Assembly: GCA_965203445.1 (NCBI GenBank)
Contig: OZ241883.1
Location: 96,001 to 160,000 of the forward strand
Origin: Candidatus Oxydemutator sp.
Lineage (GTDB): Bacteria > Pseudomonadota > Gammaproteobacteria > Poriferisulfidales > Oxydemutatoraceae
Length of the DNA stretch: 64,000 bases
Reading direction: 5' to 3'
The notes beneath the pieces were generated by a model. The model was not told the origin of the DNA and made no database searches. It saw only the letters and a list, made by a program, of their open reading frames with translations. Positions within the stretch are counted from its first letter, which is position 1. Each line of letters starts with the position of its first letter. A program made the position numbers and the translations under genes. This document shows, in pieces, positions 10,851 to 20,562 of the stretch.

Positions 10851-11861
10851 CTATTCGGCGTCACGGTACGCCCGGTGGATGAGTTGCCCCAGGCGGTGCA
10901 CCGCCATCGCGTAGCGGCGGCTCGTATTATAGCGGGTAATCACGTAGAAATTGTTGTAGCCGACCCAGATCCGGCGGTCGCCGTTCTCGTGCACGAAGCC
11001 GAACAACGCGAAGCGCGGCTCGCGCGGCGTGAAGCCGTTCACGCGCACGCCGTGCCCGGCCAGGTCCGCGACCGAAAGCCAGGGCTTCAGTTCGCGGTTG
11101 AGCAGCGCCTCGTAGTCGCCGGCGCCGATCTCGACGTATTCGCCGAGCGGCGCGTGCCGGTCCCAGCCGTGGCGCGCCAGGTAATTGGCGACGCTGCCGA
11201 TGGCGTCCGCCGCGCTCCACAGATCGCGCGCGCCGTCGCCGTCGAAGTCGATTGCATAGGCGCGGTAGCTACTCGGAATAAACTGTCCGAAACCCATGGC
11301 CCCGGCGTAGGACCCGGTGAGCGCCCCGCAATCTATGCCGTCGCCGCGGCACAACAGCAGAAACTGGGTCAGCTCGCGGCGGAAAAACGCGGCGCGGCGC
11401 GGATAATCGAAACCCAGGGTCACCAGCGTGTCGAATACCGGAAAACCGCCGGTTCTGGTGCCGTACAGGGTCTCGACGCCGAGGATCGCCAGCACGATCC
11501 GCGGCGGCACCGCGAACCGCGCGGCGGCGCGCTCGAGCAGGCCGCGGTGCTCGCGCCAATAGCGCACGCCGGCCGCAACGCGCGCGTCGGTCAGGAAGAT
11601 CTCGCGGTACTCGTGCCACGGCAGCGCCTCGGCCGGACGATCCATCGCCGCAATCGCGCTCTCCTGCCTGACCGCGCGCCGGAACAGGTCTTCGAGCGCC
11701 GCGCGCTCGAACGAGTGCCGCGAGACGAGCTCGTCCACGTACGCCTTGACGTCGGCGCGCTCGTGGTATGACGCGGGCGCGGCCTGCACGAGCGCGAACG
11801 GCAGGCACAGCGCCGCCGATACCGCGCGCGCGGCCGTTTTCAACGCCGGGTCCAGGATCAT
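10851..11861 (-). CDS. mltB: Membrane-bound lytic murein transglycosylase B
   Basis: ILGVETLYG, GSYAGAMGFGQFIPSSY, DFDGDG, NFYVITRYNTS; true start is ATG 11861 (MILDP...). Confidence 0.94.
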   Translation of the reverse strand: MILDPALKTAARAVSAALCLPFALVQAAPASYHERADVKAYVDELVSRHSFERAALEDLFRRAVRQESAIAAMDRPAEALPWHEYREIFLTDARVAAGVRYWREHRGLLERAAARFAVPPRIVLAILGVETLYGTRTGGFPVFDTLVTLGFDYPRRAAFFRRELTQFLLLCRGDGIDCGALTGSYAGAMGFGQFIPSSYRAYAIDFDGDGARDLWSAADAIGSVANYLARHGWDRHAPLGEYVEIGAGDYEALLNRELKPWLSVADLAGHGVRVNGFTPREPRFALFGFVHENGDRRIWVGYNNFYVITRYNTSRRYAMAVHRLGQLIHRAYRDAE

Positions 11862-12991
11862 GGAATACGCCTTATCATCGGGCGGTACCCCGACACCGCC
11901 ATGAGAATACCGAACGAGGCCAGCAGCGTGACCGCCGAGGTGCCGCCGTAGCTCAACAGCGGCAGCGGCACGCCGACCACCGGAATCAGGCCGCTGACCA
12001 TGGCTACGTTGATCAGGAAGTACACGGCGAACGAAAAAGTCAGGCTGCCCGCCAACAGGCGGCTGAAATCGTCCGGCGCGCGCAGCGCTATCATGGCACC
12101 GCGAACGGTGACGCCGACGTAGACTGCGAGCAGCACGCACGTGCCGATGAAACCGAACTCCTCGGCAAACACCGAGAACACGAAGTCGGTCGAGCGCTCG
12201 GGCACGAAGCCCAGATGCGCCTGGGTGCCGTTCATCCAGCCCTTGCCCCACAGTCCGCCGCCGCCGATCGCGATCTTCGACTGGATGGCGTGGTAGCCGA
12301 CGCCCAGCGGATCGCTCTGCGGATCGAGAAACACCAGCACGCGCTGGCGTTGGTATTCGCGCAGCGCGTCCCACAGGAACGGCGCCGATAGCAGGCCGCC
12401 GGCCAGCAGCAGCAGTATCCAGCGGTAGCGCACGCCGGCGAAGAAGATCACGAACATCCCGGAGACCGCGACCAGGAACGCGGTGCCCAGGTCCGGCTGC
12501 CACAGGATCAGCCCGACCGGCAGCGCCAGCAACGGCAACGCGAGCGCTATCCTGGGCAGCGGCGGGCGCTCTCCGGCGTGCCCGGCGAGCAACGCGCACA
12601 GCAGCATCGGCGTCGCCAGCTTCAGCAACTCCGACGGCTGAAAACGCACCAGCCACACGTCGAGCCAGCGTTGTGCGCCCTTGCTGACGTCGCCTGCAAA
12701 CCACACCACCAGCAGCAGGACGACGGTGCCGACGTAGAGCGTGGGCACCCAGCGGCGGTAGGTTGCAAGCGGCACCGCCGACAGCAGTACCATCAGCGCA
12801 AAACCGAGCGACAGGCGCACCCCCTGGCGCACGATCAAGCGCGCGTCGTCGCCCGCCGAACTGAGCAAGGTGACGACGCCGATGGCGACCAGCGACAGCA
12901 GCAGAAAAAGCAGCGGGTAGTCCAGGCGCACCAGCCGCCACCCGGCGCGCCAGGCGGCGGCCACCGACGGCATTGCAGAAGACGCGACCAT
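11858..12991 (-). CDS. mrdB: Rod shape-determining protein RodA
   Basis: GAQRWL, FQPSELLK, QPDLGT, YQRQR, STDFVFSVFAEEFGF, PLLSYGG; multiple TM segments. Confidence 0.96.
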   Translation of the reverse strand: MVASSAMPSVAAAWRAGWRLVRLDYPLLFLLLSLVAIGVVTLLSSAGDDARLIVRQGVRLSLGFALMVLLSAVPLATYRRWVPTLYVGTVVLLLVVWFAGDVSKGAQRWLDVWLVRFQPSELLKLATPMLLCALLAGHAGERPPLPRIALALPLLALPVGLILWQPDLGTAFLVAVSGMFVIFFAGVRYRWILLLLAGGLLSAPFLWDALREYQRQRVLVFLDPQSDPLGVGYHAIQSKIAIGGGGLWGKGWMNGTQAHLGFVPERSTDFVFSVFAEEFGFIGTCVLLAVYVGVTVRGAMIALRAPDDFSRLLAGSLTFSFAVYFLINVAMVSGLIPVVGVPLPLLSYGGTSAVTLLASFGILMAVSGYRPMIRRIP

Positions 12992-14844
12992 CAGCGCACC
13001 GCGCCAAGCGACAGCCGCACCCGACTCAGGTCGAAATAGGCGTCGAATATCCTGCGCGCGGCCGGGGCCGCGGCGCGCCCGCCGCTGCCGCCGTGCTCGA
13101 TCACGACGGCGACCGCGATCTCCGGCTCCTCGACCGGCGCGAAGGCTACGAACATCGCGTGATCCTCCGGATCATTCTCGCGTTGCTCGGCGCTGCCGGC
13201 CTCGTCGCGCACTATCGTCTTTAATTGCGCGGTGCCGGTCTTGCCGGCGACGAAATAGGACAGGTCGTCGCTGATGCGAAAGGCGGTGCCGTTCGGGCTG
13301 TGCACGACCGCGACCATCGCGCCGATGACGTAATCCCAGTGCTCGGCGGCGCCCCCGAAGACGCGCTTGCGCGCCGCCGGCGGCAGCGCCCGCCACGCCT
13401 GCTCATGCGCACCGCGCACCGCCTTGACCAGTCTGGGCGCGGCCTGCTCGCCGCGCATCGCCAGCACCGCCGTCATCGCCGCCATCTGCAGCGGCGTCGC
13501 CAGCATGTAGCCCTGGCCGATGCCGGCGATGACCGTCTCCGCCGGGAACCACGGCTGGCCCAGCGCGTGGCGCTTCCATTCGGGCGACGGCACCAGGCCG
13601 GGCAACTCGGCGGTGGTGTCTATGCCGGTCGCGCGGCCCAGGCCGAAGCGCCTCAGAAAAGCGGCGAGCCTGACGATACCCAGACGCTGCGCGGCGTCGT
13701 AAAAAAAAACGTCGCACGACTGCGTGATCGCCTTGCCCATGTCCACCCATCCGTGCCCCTCCTCGCGCCAGTCGTAGTAACGGCGCGAATAACCGGGCAA
13801 CTGGTAGTAGGGGCCCGCGAACAGGCGCCGGTGCACGTCGCCGGTACCGTTGTGCAGGGCGGCGAGCGCGACCACCGGCTTGATCGTCGAACCGGGCGGG
13901 TACTGCCCCGACACCGCGCGGTTGAAAAAAGGTTTCGAGGCGCTGTCGCGCAACCAGTTGTACTCCTCGTCGGACAGCCCCCCGGAAAACAGATTCGGGT
14001 TGTACGACGGCCTGCTGACCAACGCCAGCACGTCGCCGTTGCGAGGATCCAGCGCGACGACCGCGCCGTGGTGGCCGTCGAGCGCCGCGTACGCCTGTTC
14101 CTGCAACGCGGCGTCCAGGGTCAGCATCAGATCGTCGCCGGCGCGCGGCTTGCGTCCGCCGACGTCGCGAATCACGTGGCCACCGGCGTTGACCTCGACG
14201 CGGCGAAACCCGGCGGCGCCGTAGAGCACGCGCTCGTAACGCCGCTCGACGCCGGTCTTGCCGATGTAGGGCGCGCCGCGGTACTTGGACGCCTCGAAAT
14301 CGCCCAGGTCATCGCGGCTGATGGCGCCGACGTAACCGATGGCGTGGGCGAACAGTTCGTCGTAGGGATAGTCGCGCGCGAGACGACCGACGATATCAAC
14401 GCCGTCGAGACGGTGGCGCAGGATCGCAAGACGCGCCACTTCCTCCTCGCTCAGATGCGAGCGCAGCAGCACGCCGTGGCGCGGCGGCGCGGCGGCGAGC
14501 ATCCTGCGAAAGCGCCGCACGTCGTCGTCGGTGACGGCCACGACGGCGCGCAGCGCGCGCAGCGTCGCGTCCACGTCGCCGACCAGCGACGGCGTTATCT
14601 CGATACTGTAGGCGGTGCGGTTGCCGGCCAGCAGCAGCCCGTTGCGGTCGTAGATCGAACCACGCGCCGGCGGCGACGGCAGCAGGTTCAGGCGATTCTC
14701 CTCGGACAGCGTGCGGTAATGGTCGTGCTCGCTGACCTGTAGCGTGAACAGGTGGAACAACACCGCGATCACCGCCGCCAGCGTGGCCAGCGCGGCGACC
14801 ACGACGCGCCCGAAAAACAGGCGCCGCCGCGCGCGCGCGCTCAT
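12991..14844 (-). CDS. mrdA: Penicillin-binding protein 2
   Basis: RGSIYDRNG, YPPGSTIK (SxxK), SCD, AGKTGTAQ; N-terminal TM; start about 14844. Confidence 0.96.
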   Translation of the reverse strand: MSARARRRLFFGRVVVAALATLAAVIAVLFHLFTLQVSEHDHYRTLSEENRLNLLPSPPARGSIYDRNGLLLAGNRTAYSIEITPSLVGDVDATLRALRAVVAVTDDDVRRFRRMLAAAPPRHGVLLRSHLSEEEVARLAILRHRLDGVDIVGRLARDYPYDELFAHAIGYVGAISRDDLGDFEASKYRGAPYIGKTGVERRYERVLYGAAGFRRVEVNAGGHVIRDVGGRKPRAGDDLMLTLDAALQEQAYAALDGHHGAVVALDPRNGDVLALVSRPSYNPNLFSGGLSDEEYNWLRDSASKPFFNRAVSGQYPPGSTIKPVVALAALHNGTGDVHRRLFAGPYYQLPGYSRRYYDWREEGHGWVDMGKAITQSCDVFFYDAAQRLGIVRLAAFLRRFGLGRATGIDTTAELPGLVPSPEWKRHALGQPWFPAETVIAGIGQGYMLATPLQMAAMTAVLAMRGEQAAPRLVKAVRGAHEQAWRALPPAARKRVFGGAAEHWDYVIGAMVAVVHSPNGTAFRISDDLSYFVAGKTGTAQLKTIVRDEAGSAEQRENDPEDHAMFVAFAPVEEPEIAVAVVIEHGGSGGRAAAPAARRIFDAYFDLSRVRLSLGAVR

Positions 14845-14875
14845 CGAAACGGGCGCGTTGCGCGCGCCGTGCGCG

Positions 14876-15403
14876 TCATCCCGAATGACGGCGCGCGCTC
14901 GCCGTGATCTCGCGCCGCGCCGCGTCGGCGTCGAGCCAGCCCTCGACCTTGACCCATTTGCCCGGTTCGAGTTTCTTATAGTGTTCGAAGAAATGAACGA
15001 TCTGGTCGCGCAGGTTGGCGGGCAGCTGCTCGAGCGTCTCGACGTCGTCGTAACCGCCATTGGCGCCGCGCACCGGCAGCGCGACGATCTTCAGATCGCG
15101 CCCCGATTCGTCGCTCATGTCGAGCGCCGCCAGCGGGCGGCAGCGCACGACGCAGCCGACGACGAGCGGCGTCGGCGTGATCACCAGCACGTCGAGCGGA
15201 TCGCCGTCCTCGGACAGCGTGTTCGGCACGAAACCGTAGTTCGCCGGATAGTGCATCGGCACGTTGATAAAGCGATCCACCAGCACGGCGCCGCTTCTTT
15301 TGTCCACCTCGTACTTGACCGGCGCGGCGTGCGCCGGAATCTCGATAACGACGTTCAGCACCTCGGGCAACGGATCGCCCGGCGTCAGTTCGGCCAGGTT
15401 CAT
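14876..15403 (-). CDS. ppa: Inorganic pyrophosphatase
   Basis: VKYEVDK, YPANYGF, DGDPLDVLV, HFFEHYK. Confidence 0.97.
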   Translation of the reverse strand: MNLAELTPGDPLPEVLNVVIEIPAHAAPVKYEVDKRSGAVLVDRFINVPMHYPANYGFVPNTLSEDGDPLDVLVITPTPLVVGCVVRCRPLAALDMSDESGRDLKIVALPVRGANGGYDDVETLEQLPANLRDQIVHFFEHYKKLEPGKWVKVEGWLDADAARREITASARRHSG

Positions 15404-15430
15404 CGCGCGCCGCGCGTCGCGCGCCGCGGG

Positions 15431-15751
15431 CTAACCGTCGCCATGCGCCGCGTCCACCATTTTTTGCAATTCGCCGCTGGCGGACAATTCCAGCGTGATG
15501 TCGCAACCGCCGACCAGTTCGCCGCCGATGTACAACTGCGGAAACGTCGGCCAGTTCGCAAACCGCGGCAGGTGCTCGAACACCTCCGGGTCGAGCAGCA
15601 CGTTGACGTAGGCGAACTCGCGCCCGCATTCCTGCAACGCCGCCGAGGCGCGGCTCGAAAACCCGCACTGCGGCATCTGCGGCGTGCCCTTCATGTAGAG
15701 TATGACCGGGTTGTCCGCAACCTGCCCCCTGATTTTGTCCATAACGTCCAT
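15431..15751 (-). CDS. grxD: Monothiol glutaredoxin Grx4
   Basis: YMKGTP, CGFS, WPTFPQLY, GGCDI. Confidence 0.97.
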   Translation of the reverse strand: MDVMDKIRGQVADNPVILYMKGTPQMPQCGFSSRASAALQECGREFAYVNVLLDPEVFEHLPRFANWPTFPQLYIGGELVGGCDITLELSASGELQKMVDAAHGDG

Positions 15752-15790
15752 ATGCGCCTCCAGTAAGGTTGACCGCGGATTATAGCAGCT

Positions 15791-15911
15791 CACTCCCCAC
15801 CCTCTCCTAGGGGGAGAAGGTTACATTATTAGCCTGCGGGCACCTTCTCTCTCTGAATAAAGAATGGCCGAAGCCTCCCCACCAAACCCTCTCCCAGGGG
15901 GAGAGAGAAGG
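15791..15911. repeat. Palindromic CCCTCTCC...GGGGGAGA elements (CIR/RPE-like)
   Basis: Two related hairpins CCTCTCCTAGGGGGAGAAGG and CCCTCTCCCAGGGGGAGAGAGAAGG; CCTTCTCTCTC at ~15843 can pair with GAGAGAGAAGG at ~15901. Confidence 0.5.
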
Positions 15912-15962
15912 ATTTGCTCGGGATCACCGACGTTGAGGACATGTTACAATCCGTTCCTGATC

Positions 15963-16196
15963 ATGAGCACGATAGATCTTTATCAACTGCTCAGACGCAT
16001 TCCCGACGTCACCGACGATGAGGCGAAGGCGGCGGCGGACTTGATTGCCTAAGCCGACGAAGTGGTTACCAAGGCCGATCTGGAGGCTGCGCTTTCCCGG
16101 CTTGAGGCCAGGCTGACCAGATTGATATTCGGCGTCGTTTTCAGCGCCGCCGCCGTTATTATTGCCGCGGTCGGCGCAATAACGAAGCTCACCTGA
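15963..16196 (+). pseudogene. Small coiled-coil protein with C-terminal TM (DUF1640/CCDC90-like), interrupted by in-frame TAA
   Basis: MSTIDLYQLLRRIPDVTDDEAKAAADLIA*ADEVVTKADL...TKLT*; colinear with the intact paralog at 49047-49289; premature stop at 16050-16052. Confidence 0.8.
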
Positions 16197-16279
16197 CACG
16201 CGCCGCCGGCGCCGCCTGGCGTCGTCCCCCTTCGCTTTCTTCCGACCTGCGCCCACCCAGCGTGCGCTATCATGGCCGC

Positions 16280-17395
16280 ATGATGCGGCCACGACCACTA
16301 CGCGCGGCACGCCTGGTGCGGGCGTGGTGCCACGAACTCGGCTTCGACGACGTCGGTTTCTCGCACACGCGCCTCGATCGCTACGAGGCGCGCTTGCACG
16401 ACTGGCTCGCCGCCGGCATGCACGGCGAGATGCGTTACATGGAAGCGCACGGCGACAAGCGCAGCCGCCCGGCGCACCTGGTGGCGGGCACCGTCAGCGT
16501 GATCTCGGTGCGCATGAACTACCTGTCCGCGGCCGCCGCGCCGGCGTGGTCGGTGCTCGGCCAATCGCACAAGGCATACGTCTCGCGCTACGCGCTCGGG
16601 CGCGACTACCACAAGCTGATGCGCAAGAAGCTGCAAAAACTCGCCGACCGCATGACCGAAGCCTTCGGCAGCTTCGGCTACCGCGCCTTCGTGGACAGCG
16701 CGCCGGTTCTCGAGAAACCGTTGGCCGAGCAGGCCGGCCTCGGCTGGATCGGCAAGCATACCTGCCTGATCTCGCGCACTTCCGGATCGTGGTTTTTCTT
16801 AGGTGAGCTATACACCGATCTGCCGCTGCCGGCGGCGACGCCGCAACAAGACCATTGCGGACGCTGCCAACGCTGTATCGACGTCTGCCCGACGCGCGCC
16901 ATCGTGGCACCGTACAAACTCGACGCGAGGCGTTGCATTTCGTACCTGACGATCGAGCTGAAGGGCGCGATCCCGGTCGCGTTGCGGCCGCTGATCGGTA
17001 ACCGTGTCTTCGGCTGCGACGACTGCCAGCTGGTATGCCCGTGGAACCGCTACGCGCGCCACGCCACGGAGGCGGGTTTTGCGCCGCAAGGCGGCATAGA
17101 CGACGCCGAGTTGTTGGAACTGTTCGCCTGGAATGAAGAGCAGTTTGAGCGCAAACTGGCGGGTTCCGCGATCCGCCGCATCGGCCATGAACGCTGGCAA
17201 CGCAACGTCGCCGTCGCTCTCGGCAACGCGGACTATTGCGCCGACGTCGCCGCGGCACTGGCGGCAAAACGCAACCATCCGTCGCCGCTGGTGCGCGAAC
17301 ACGTGCGCTGGGCGCTGCTCGAGCAGCAGCGCAAAAAAAAGGGAATTATGTATCCAAATCTACAAAAACATGAAAATTACTCATCAGGACAATAG
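16280..17395 (+). CDS. queG: Epoxyqueuosine reductase
   Basis: SRYALGRDYH, VDSAPVLEK, GWIGKH, CGRCQRCIDVCPT, DARRCISYLTIE, GCDDCQLVCPWN; last codons derive from a MITE. Confidence 0.96.
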   Translation: MMRPRPLRAARLVRAWCHELGFDDVGFSHTRLDRYEARLHDWLAAGMHGEMRYMEAHGDKRSRPAHLVAGTVSVISVRMNYLSAAAAPAWSVLGQSHKAYVSRYALGRDYHKLMRKKLQKLADRMTEAFGSFGYRAFVDSAPVLEKPLAEQAGLGWIGKHTCLISRTSGSWFFLGELYTDLPLPAATPQQDHCGRCQRCIDVCPTRAIVAPYKLDARRCISYLTIELKGAIPVALRPLIGNRVFGCDDCQLVCPWNRYARHATEAGFAPQGGIDDAELLELFAWNEEQFERKLAGSAIRRIGHERWQRNVAVALGNADYCADVAAALAAKRNHPSPLVREHVRWALLEQQRKKKGIMYPNLQKHENYSSGQ

Positions 17396-17503
17396 CTTGT
17401 ATGTAATCTTCCTCGTTTATTCAGTGTTTATTCAGCATTTTGTATAAATATATGTTATCTCTCATATTTTCTAACACCTTGCAGATTTTGCTACATAATT
17501 CCC
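17341..17503. mobile_element. MITE (163 bp) with 25-bp terminal inverted repeats
   Basis: GGGAATTATGTATCCAAATCTACAA (17341) versus reverse complement of 17479-17503 GGGAATTATGTAGCAAAATCTGCAA, 22/25 identical; very AT-rich interior, no transposase. Confidence 0.8.
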
Positions 17504-17565
17504 TCAGAAAAGACTACTTTGGCCAAGCCGCCAGGATGCCGGCATCAGAATGGACAATATCCTCT

Positions 17566-18831
17566 TCATGCCTGTTCCTGCAAGGATTGTGCCGCAAAGA
17601 TGGTCAGGCACAGCTCATCGCCATACATCCTGTAGACCGGCTTCCTGCCGCTCAGTTTTTCACTTTCGCGCAGAATAATGCCCACACCCTCGCCTCTGCG
17701 TTCCAGGAAATACCTTCTCCCTACGGTACCGCCGAGCCGTTCTTCTACGGCCAGCTCAGACAACAGCCGAGACAGTAGTTCATTACGAGTTGCCTGGTTG
17801 TCCACTAAAGCTTCAACCGTCATGGTATTTGCAAGGGCACCGGGGGAGTAGAGTTCCAGTCTGTCGGCGAACAGGAACAGGCGTATTTTTGAACCGTGTA
17901 TAGAGTAGTCTCTGTGCATGACGGCGTTCACCAGGGCTTCAAAAACGGCGCGCGCGCTGTACTGTGGCCGTTCCCGTCGCCCCACTTCCTTACGCGCGGA
18001 CTTCTGATTATGCTTCTCGACGAACTTACAGGAGTCCATGATCTGCTGGTCCAGCGGCCCCTTGAAATCCTGGGCGTCCAGTTGATAGTTGGCGTCTTTA
18101 TGCAGTCCTCTATAACGGACGGCACATACAAAACTGTTGTACAGATGCTCGTGAGACCGGTCGCTGCACATCAGCAACCCGGCCACGGAAGCCCGATAAA
18201 CACCATTGTCGTCAACCAGCAACCAGCGCTTCAGAAGCTGCTCAGTTTCTTGCTGCTCGGCGTCTTGCTGCTCAGTTTCCGCCCTGGTGATAAATCTTGC
18301 GAATAAATGTTTGCTTAGAGTCGCCTTGTCGGTAGAAGGCACAAACTGTTCATCAAACTTGATAGTCCTGGCTTGTGATCGGGCTTGCGATATCCTGGCC
18401 AGCTGCTCCGGTGTCATTTCGCGCTTGGCGTCTCCCTGCCGCAAATAGTACCCACCGACGCTTCGGTGCAGCCACAGACTCTTCTCGACGTCTATATAGA
18501 CCAGTCGCTTTTCTCGTCCCATTTCATCTGGCATAAGGACGCTGTCGACGAAAAAGTTGGTGATGGACGGCTCTATCGAGTCGTGACATATCTCACTGAT
18601 AAAGTGAATCAATAGCCTGGGGTCATCGCCGATTCCAAGAATATCTTTATCATCGGAAACGCCAAAGATGATCACGCCACCTTGATGATTTGCAAAAGCC
18701 GCAATTTCATCCGCAAGATCGCCTCTGCCCGGATCTTTTACTGTATTACCGGCAATTCGTACTTCCTTGAATTCCATCGCCGAGCTTTCGCCCGCGCCAA
18801 TTTTTTCCAGCAATTGAGCGGCACTAAACAT
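17566..18831 (-). CDS. Schlafen/AlbA_2 domain plus RecG-C-like (HATPase_c_4) protein
   Basis: ESSAMEFKE...IAAFANHQGGVIIFGVSDD (AlbA_2); EALVNAVMHRDY, ELYSPG, RNELL, ERRGEG; start ATG 18831 overlaps the upstream fragment; lower GC than flanks. Confidence 0.85.
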   Translation of the reverse strand: MFSAAQLLEKIGAGESSAMEFKEVRIAGNTVKDPGRGDLADEIAAFANHQGGVIIFGVSDDKDILGIGDDPRLLIHFISEICHDSIEPSITNFFVDSVLMPDEMGREKRLVYIDVEKSLWLHRSVGGYYLRQGDAKREMTPEQLARISQARSQARTIKFDEQFVPSTDKATLSKHLFARFITRAETEQQDAEQQETEQLLKRWLLVDDNGVYRASVAGLLMCSDRSHEHLYNSFVCAVRYRGLHKDANYQLDAQDFKGPLDQQIMDSCKFVEKHNQKSARKEVGRRERPQYSARAVFEALVNAVMHRDYSIHGSKIRLFLFADRLELYSPGALANTMTVEALVDNQATRNELLSRLLSELAVEERLGGTVGRRYFLERRGEGVGIILRESEKLSGRKPVYRMYGDELCLTIFAAQSLQEQA

Positions 18832-19087
18832 TGGAATACTCCAGGTGGATGCGCCTGTAACGCTGCTCGAATGCTTTTTCTCCGCCTTCCAGAATATCGC
18901 ATATCGCTTGTCTGACCTGCTTATTCTGTATGCTGGCGGGTTCTTGTACTCGAGTTTGACCATCTTCTACTTTCAGGGGCAGGACCATCTCTGCATCGCC
19001 ATTTACCACAACGTTGGCGTTGTGTGTGACGACGATGACTTGTCGCTCGCTTTTGACGGCACGCAGCTCGTGGTCGCTCAGGTTCAT
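18824..19087 (-). pseudogene. C-terminal remnant of an ABC/AAA ATPase (TrlF/Ppl-like)
   Basis: RQVIVVTHNANVVVNGDAE (H-loop) and ILEGGEKAFEQR tail typical of PHP-ATPase proteins; Walker motifs missing. Confidence 0.75.
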
Positions 19088-19115
19088 GGATGGGAATTAT
19101 GCCCCATGATCGGGG

Positions 19116-19925
19116 TCATTCTTTGTCGGAAACATTCCCGTCAACCCACCCTTGAACCGACCCGTGGGAAAGGGCGGTTGAACCGCCCGAGAGCGCGCGT
19201 TCGATGGTTTTGGGATCGAGTTCTCGCCAGGCGCCGGCGCACAGCGCGCGCGGCAGCGTGACCGGGCCGAAACGCACTCTGATCAGACGGTTCACCTGCA
19301 GGCCCTGGCTCAGCCACAGGCGGCGTACCAGGCGGTTGCGGCCCTCGCGCAGGCGCACGCGAAACCAGCGGTTGCCGCGGCCCGCGCGGCCGTGTTCCTC
19401 GACGCCGTCGAAACGCGCGCGGCCATCTTCGAGGGGAACGCCTTCGCGCAGACGCTCGAGCGCCGCGGCGGTCACACGGCCGTGCACCCGGGCCAGATAC
19501 TCGCGCACCAGGGCCGAGGATGGGTGCATCAGGCGATGGGCGAGTTCCCCGTCGGTGCAAAACAGCAGCAGGCCGGAGGTGTTGACGTCGAGACGTCCCA
19601 CCGCGATCCAGCGCGCACCGGTGAGCGGTGGCAGATGATCGAACACGGTGGGTCTGCCGCCGGGGTCGTCGCGGCTGGTGATGACGCCGCACGGCTTGTG
19701 GTACGCGAGCACGCGGTTCGTGCCCGCGACGGTCGGCGCGACGCGCCGTCCCGCGACCGAGATCGAATCCCCAGGCGACGCCTTGTCGCCCGGCACCGCG
19801 ACGCGGCCGTTGACGCGCACCCGGCCCTCGGCGATCAGGCGCTCGATGCGTCTGCGCGAACCGACGCCGGCGTCAGCCAGCAGCTTCTGTATCCTGGTCG
19901 GAACTTCGGGGGGAGTGTGCGGCAT
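19116..19925 (-). CDS. rluB: 23S rRNA pseudouridine synthase B
   Basis: RIQKLLADAGVGSRR (S4), VGRLDVNTSGLLLF, EGRNRLVRR; downstream of scpB. Confidence 0.93.
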   Translation of the reverse strand: MPHTPPEVPTRIQKLLADAGVGSRRRIERLIAEGRVRVNGRVAVPGDKASPGDSISVAGRRVAPTVAGTNRVLAYHKPCGVITSRDDPGGRPTVFDHLPPLTGARWIAVGRLDVNTSGLLLFCTDGELAHRLMHPSSALVREYLARVHGRVTAAALERLREGVPLEDGRARFDGVEEHGRAGRGNRWFRVRLREGRNRLVRRLWLSQGLQVNRLIRVRFGPVTLPRALCAGAWRELDPKTIERALSGGSTALSHGSVQGWVDGNVSDKE

Positions 19926-20562
19926 CGTCGGCAAGCGCGGGCGCGGCGGCGCCGTCGTTCGCGGCCTTCGCGGCCGGCGCGCCGGTCGCCCCCGCCGCGC
20001 CGGCCACGGGCGCGGCGGGTGGCACGCCCGTGCCGTCGCCGCCGAGCGCGGCCAGCGCCGGCAGTTCATCTAGCGAGCGCAGGTTGAGGTCGTCCAAAAA
20101 AGCGCGCGTCGTCGCGTAGAGAGCCGGGCGTCCGGGCGTCTCCTTGTGGCCGGCGATCTCGATCCAGCCGCGCTCCTCAAGGATGCGCAGCGTGCCGCTG
20201 CTGACCGAGACGCCGCGTACTTCCTCGATCGCGGCGCGTGTGACCGGCTGGCGGTAGGCGATCAGCGCCAGGATCTCGAGCAGCGCCTTGGAGTAGCGCG
20301 GCGGCTTTTCCTCCCACAATTTCGCAAGCCACGGCGCGTAGTCCTCGCGCGTCTGGTAACGGTAGCCAGACGCCACCTGCGTAAGTTCGATGGCGCGCCC
20401 GGCGCACTCGGCCTCGAGCGCGGTTATGGTCTCGCCGAGCAGCGCGCGGTCGGGCGCCTTGCCGTCGTGCGCCAGCAGCCTCGCCAGCTCGTTGAATTGC
20501 AGCGGGCGCGGCGACGCCATCAGCAGCGCCTCGACCACCCGCTTCATTTCGGCGGCGTCCAC
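19873..20562 (-). CDS. scpB: SMC segregation/condensation protein B
   Basis: VEALL, VASGYR, LEILALIAYRQPVTRAAIEEVRGV, PGRPALYATT. Confidence 0.95.
   Translation of the reverse strand: MDAAEMKRVVEALLMASPRPLQFNELARLLAHDGKAPDRALLGETITALEAECAGRAIELTQVASGYRYQTREDYAPWLAKLWEEKPPRYSKALLEILALIAYRQPVTRAAIEEVRGVSVSSGTLRILEERGWIEIAGHKETPGRPALYATTRAFLDDLNLRSLDELPALAALGGDGTGVPPAAPVAGAAGATGAPAAKAANDGAAAPALADDAAHSPRSSDQDTEAAG

Noticed and set aside
10851-13007. Apparent 718-aa fusion upstream of mltB (similar extensions on yraN, dac, scpA and cas5)
   Set aside because: Open-frame run-through across the neighbouring gene; homology starts at the downstream start codon
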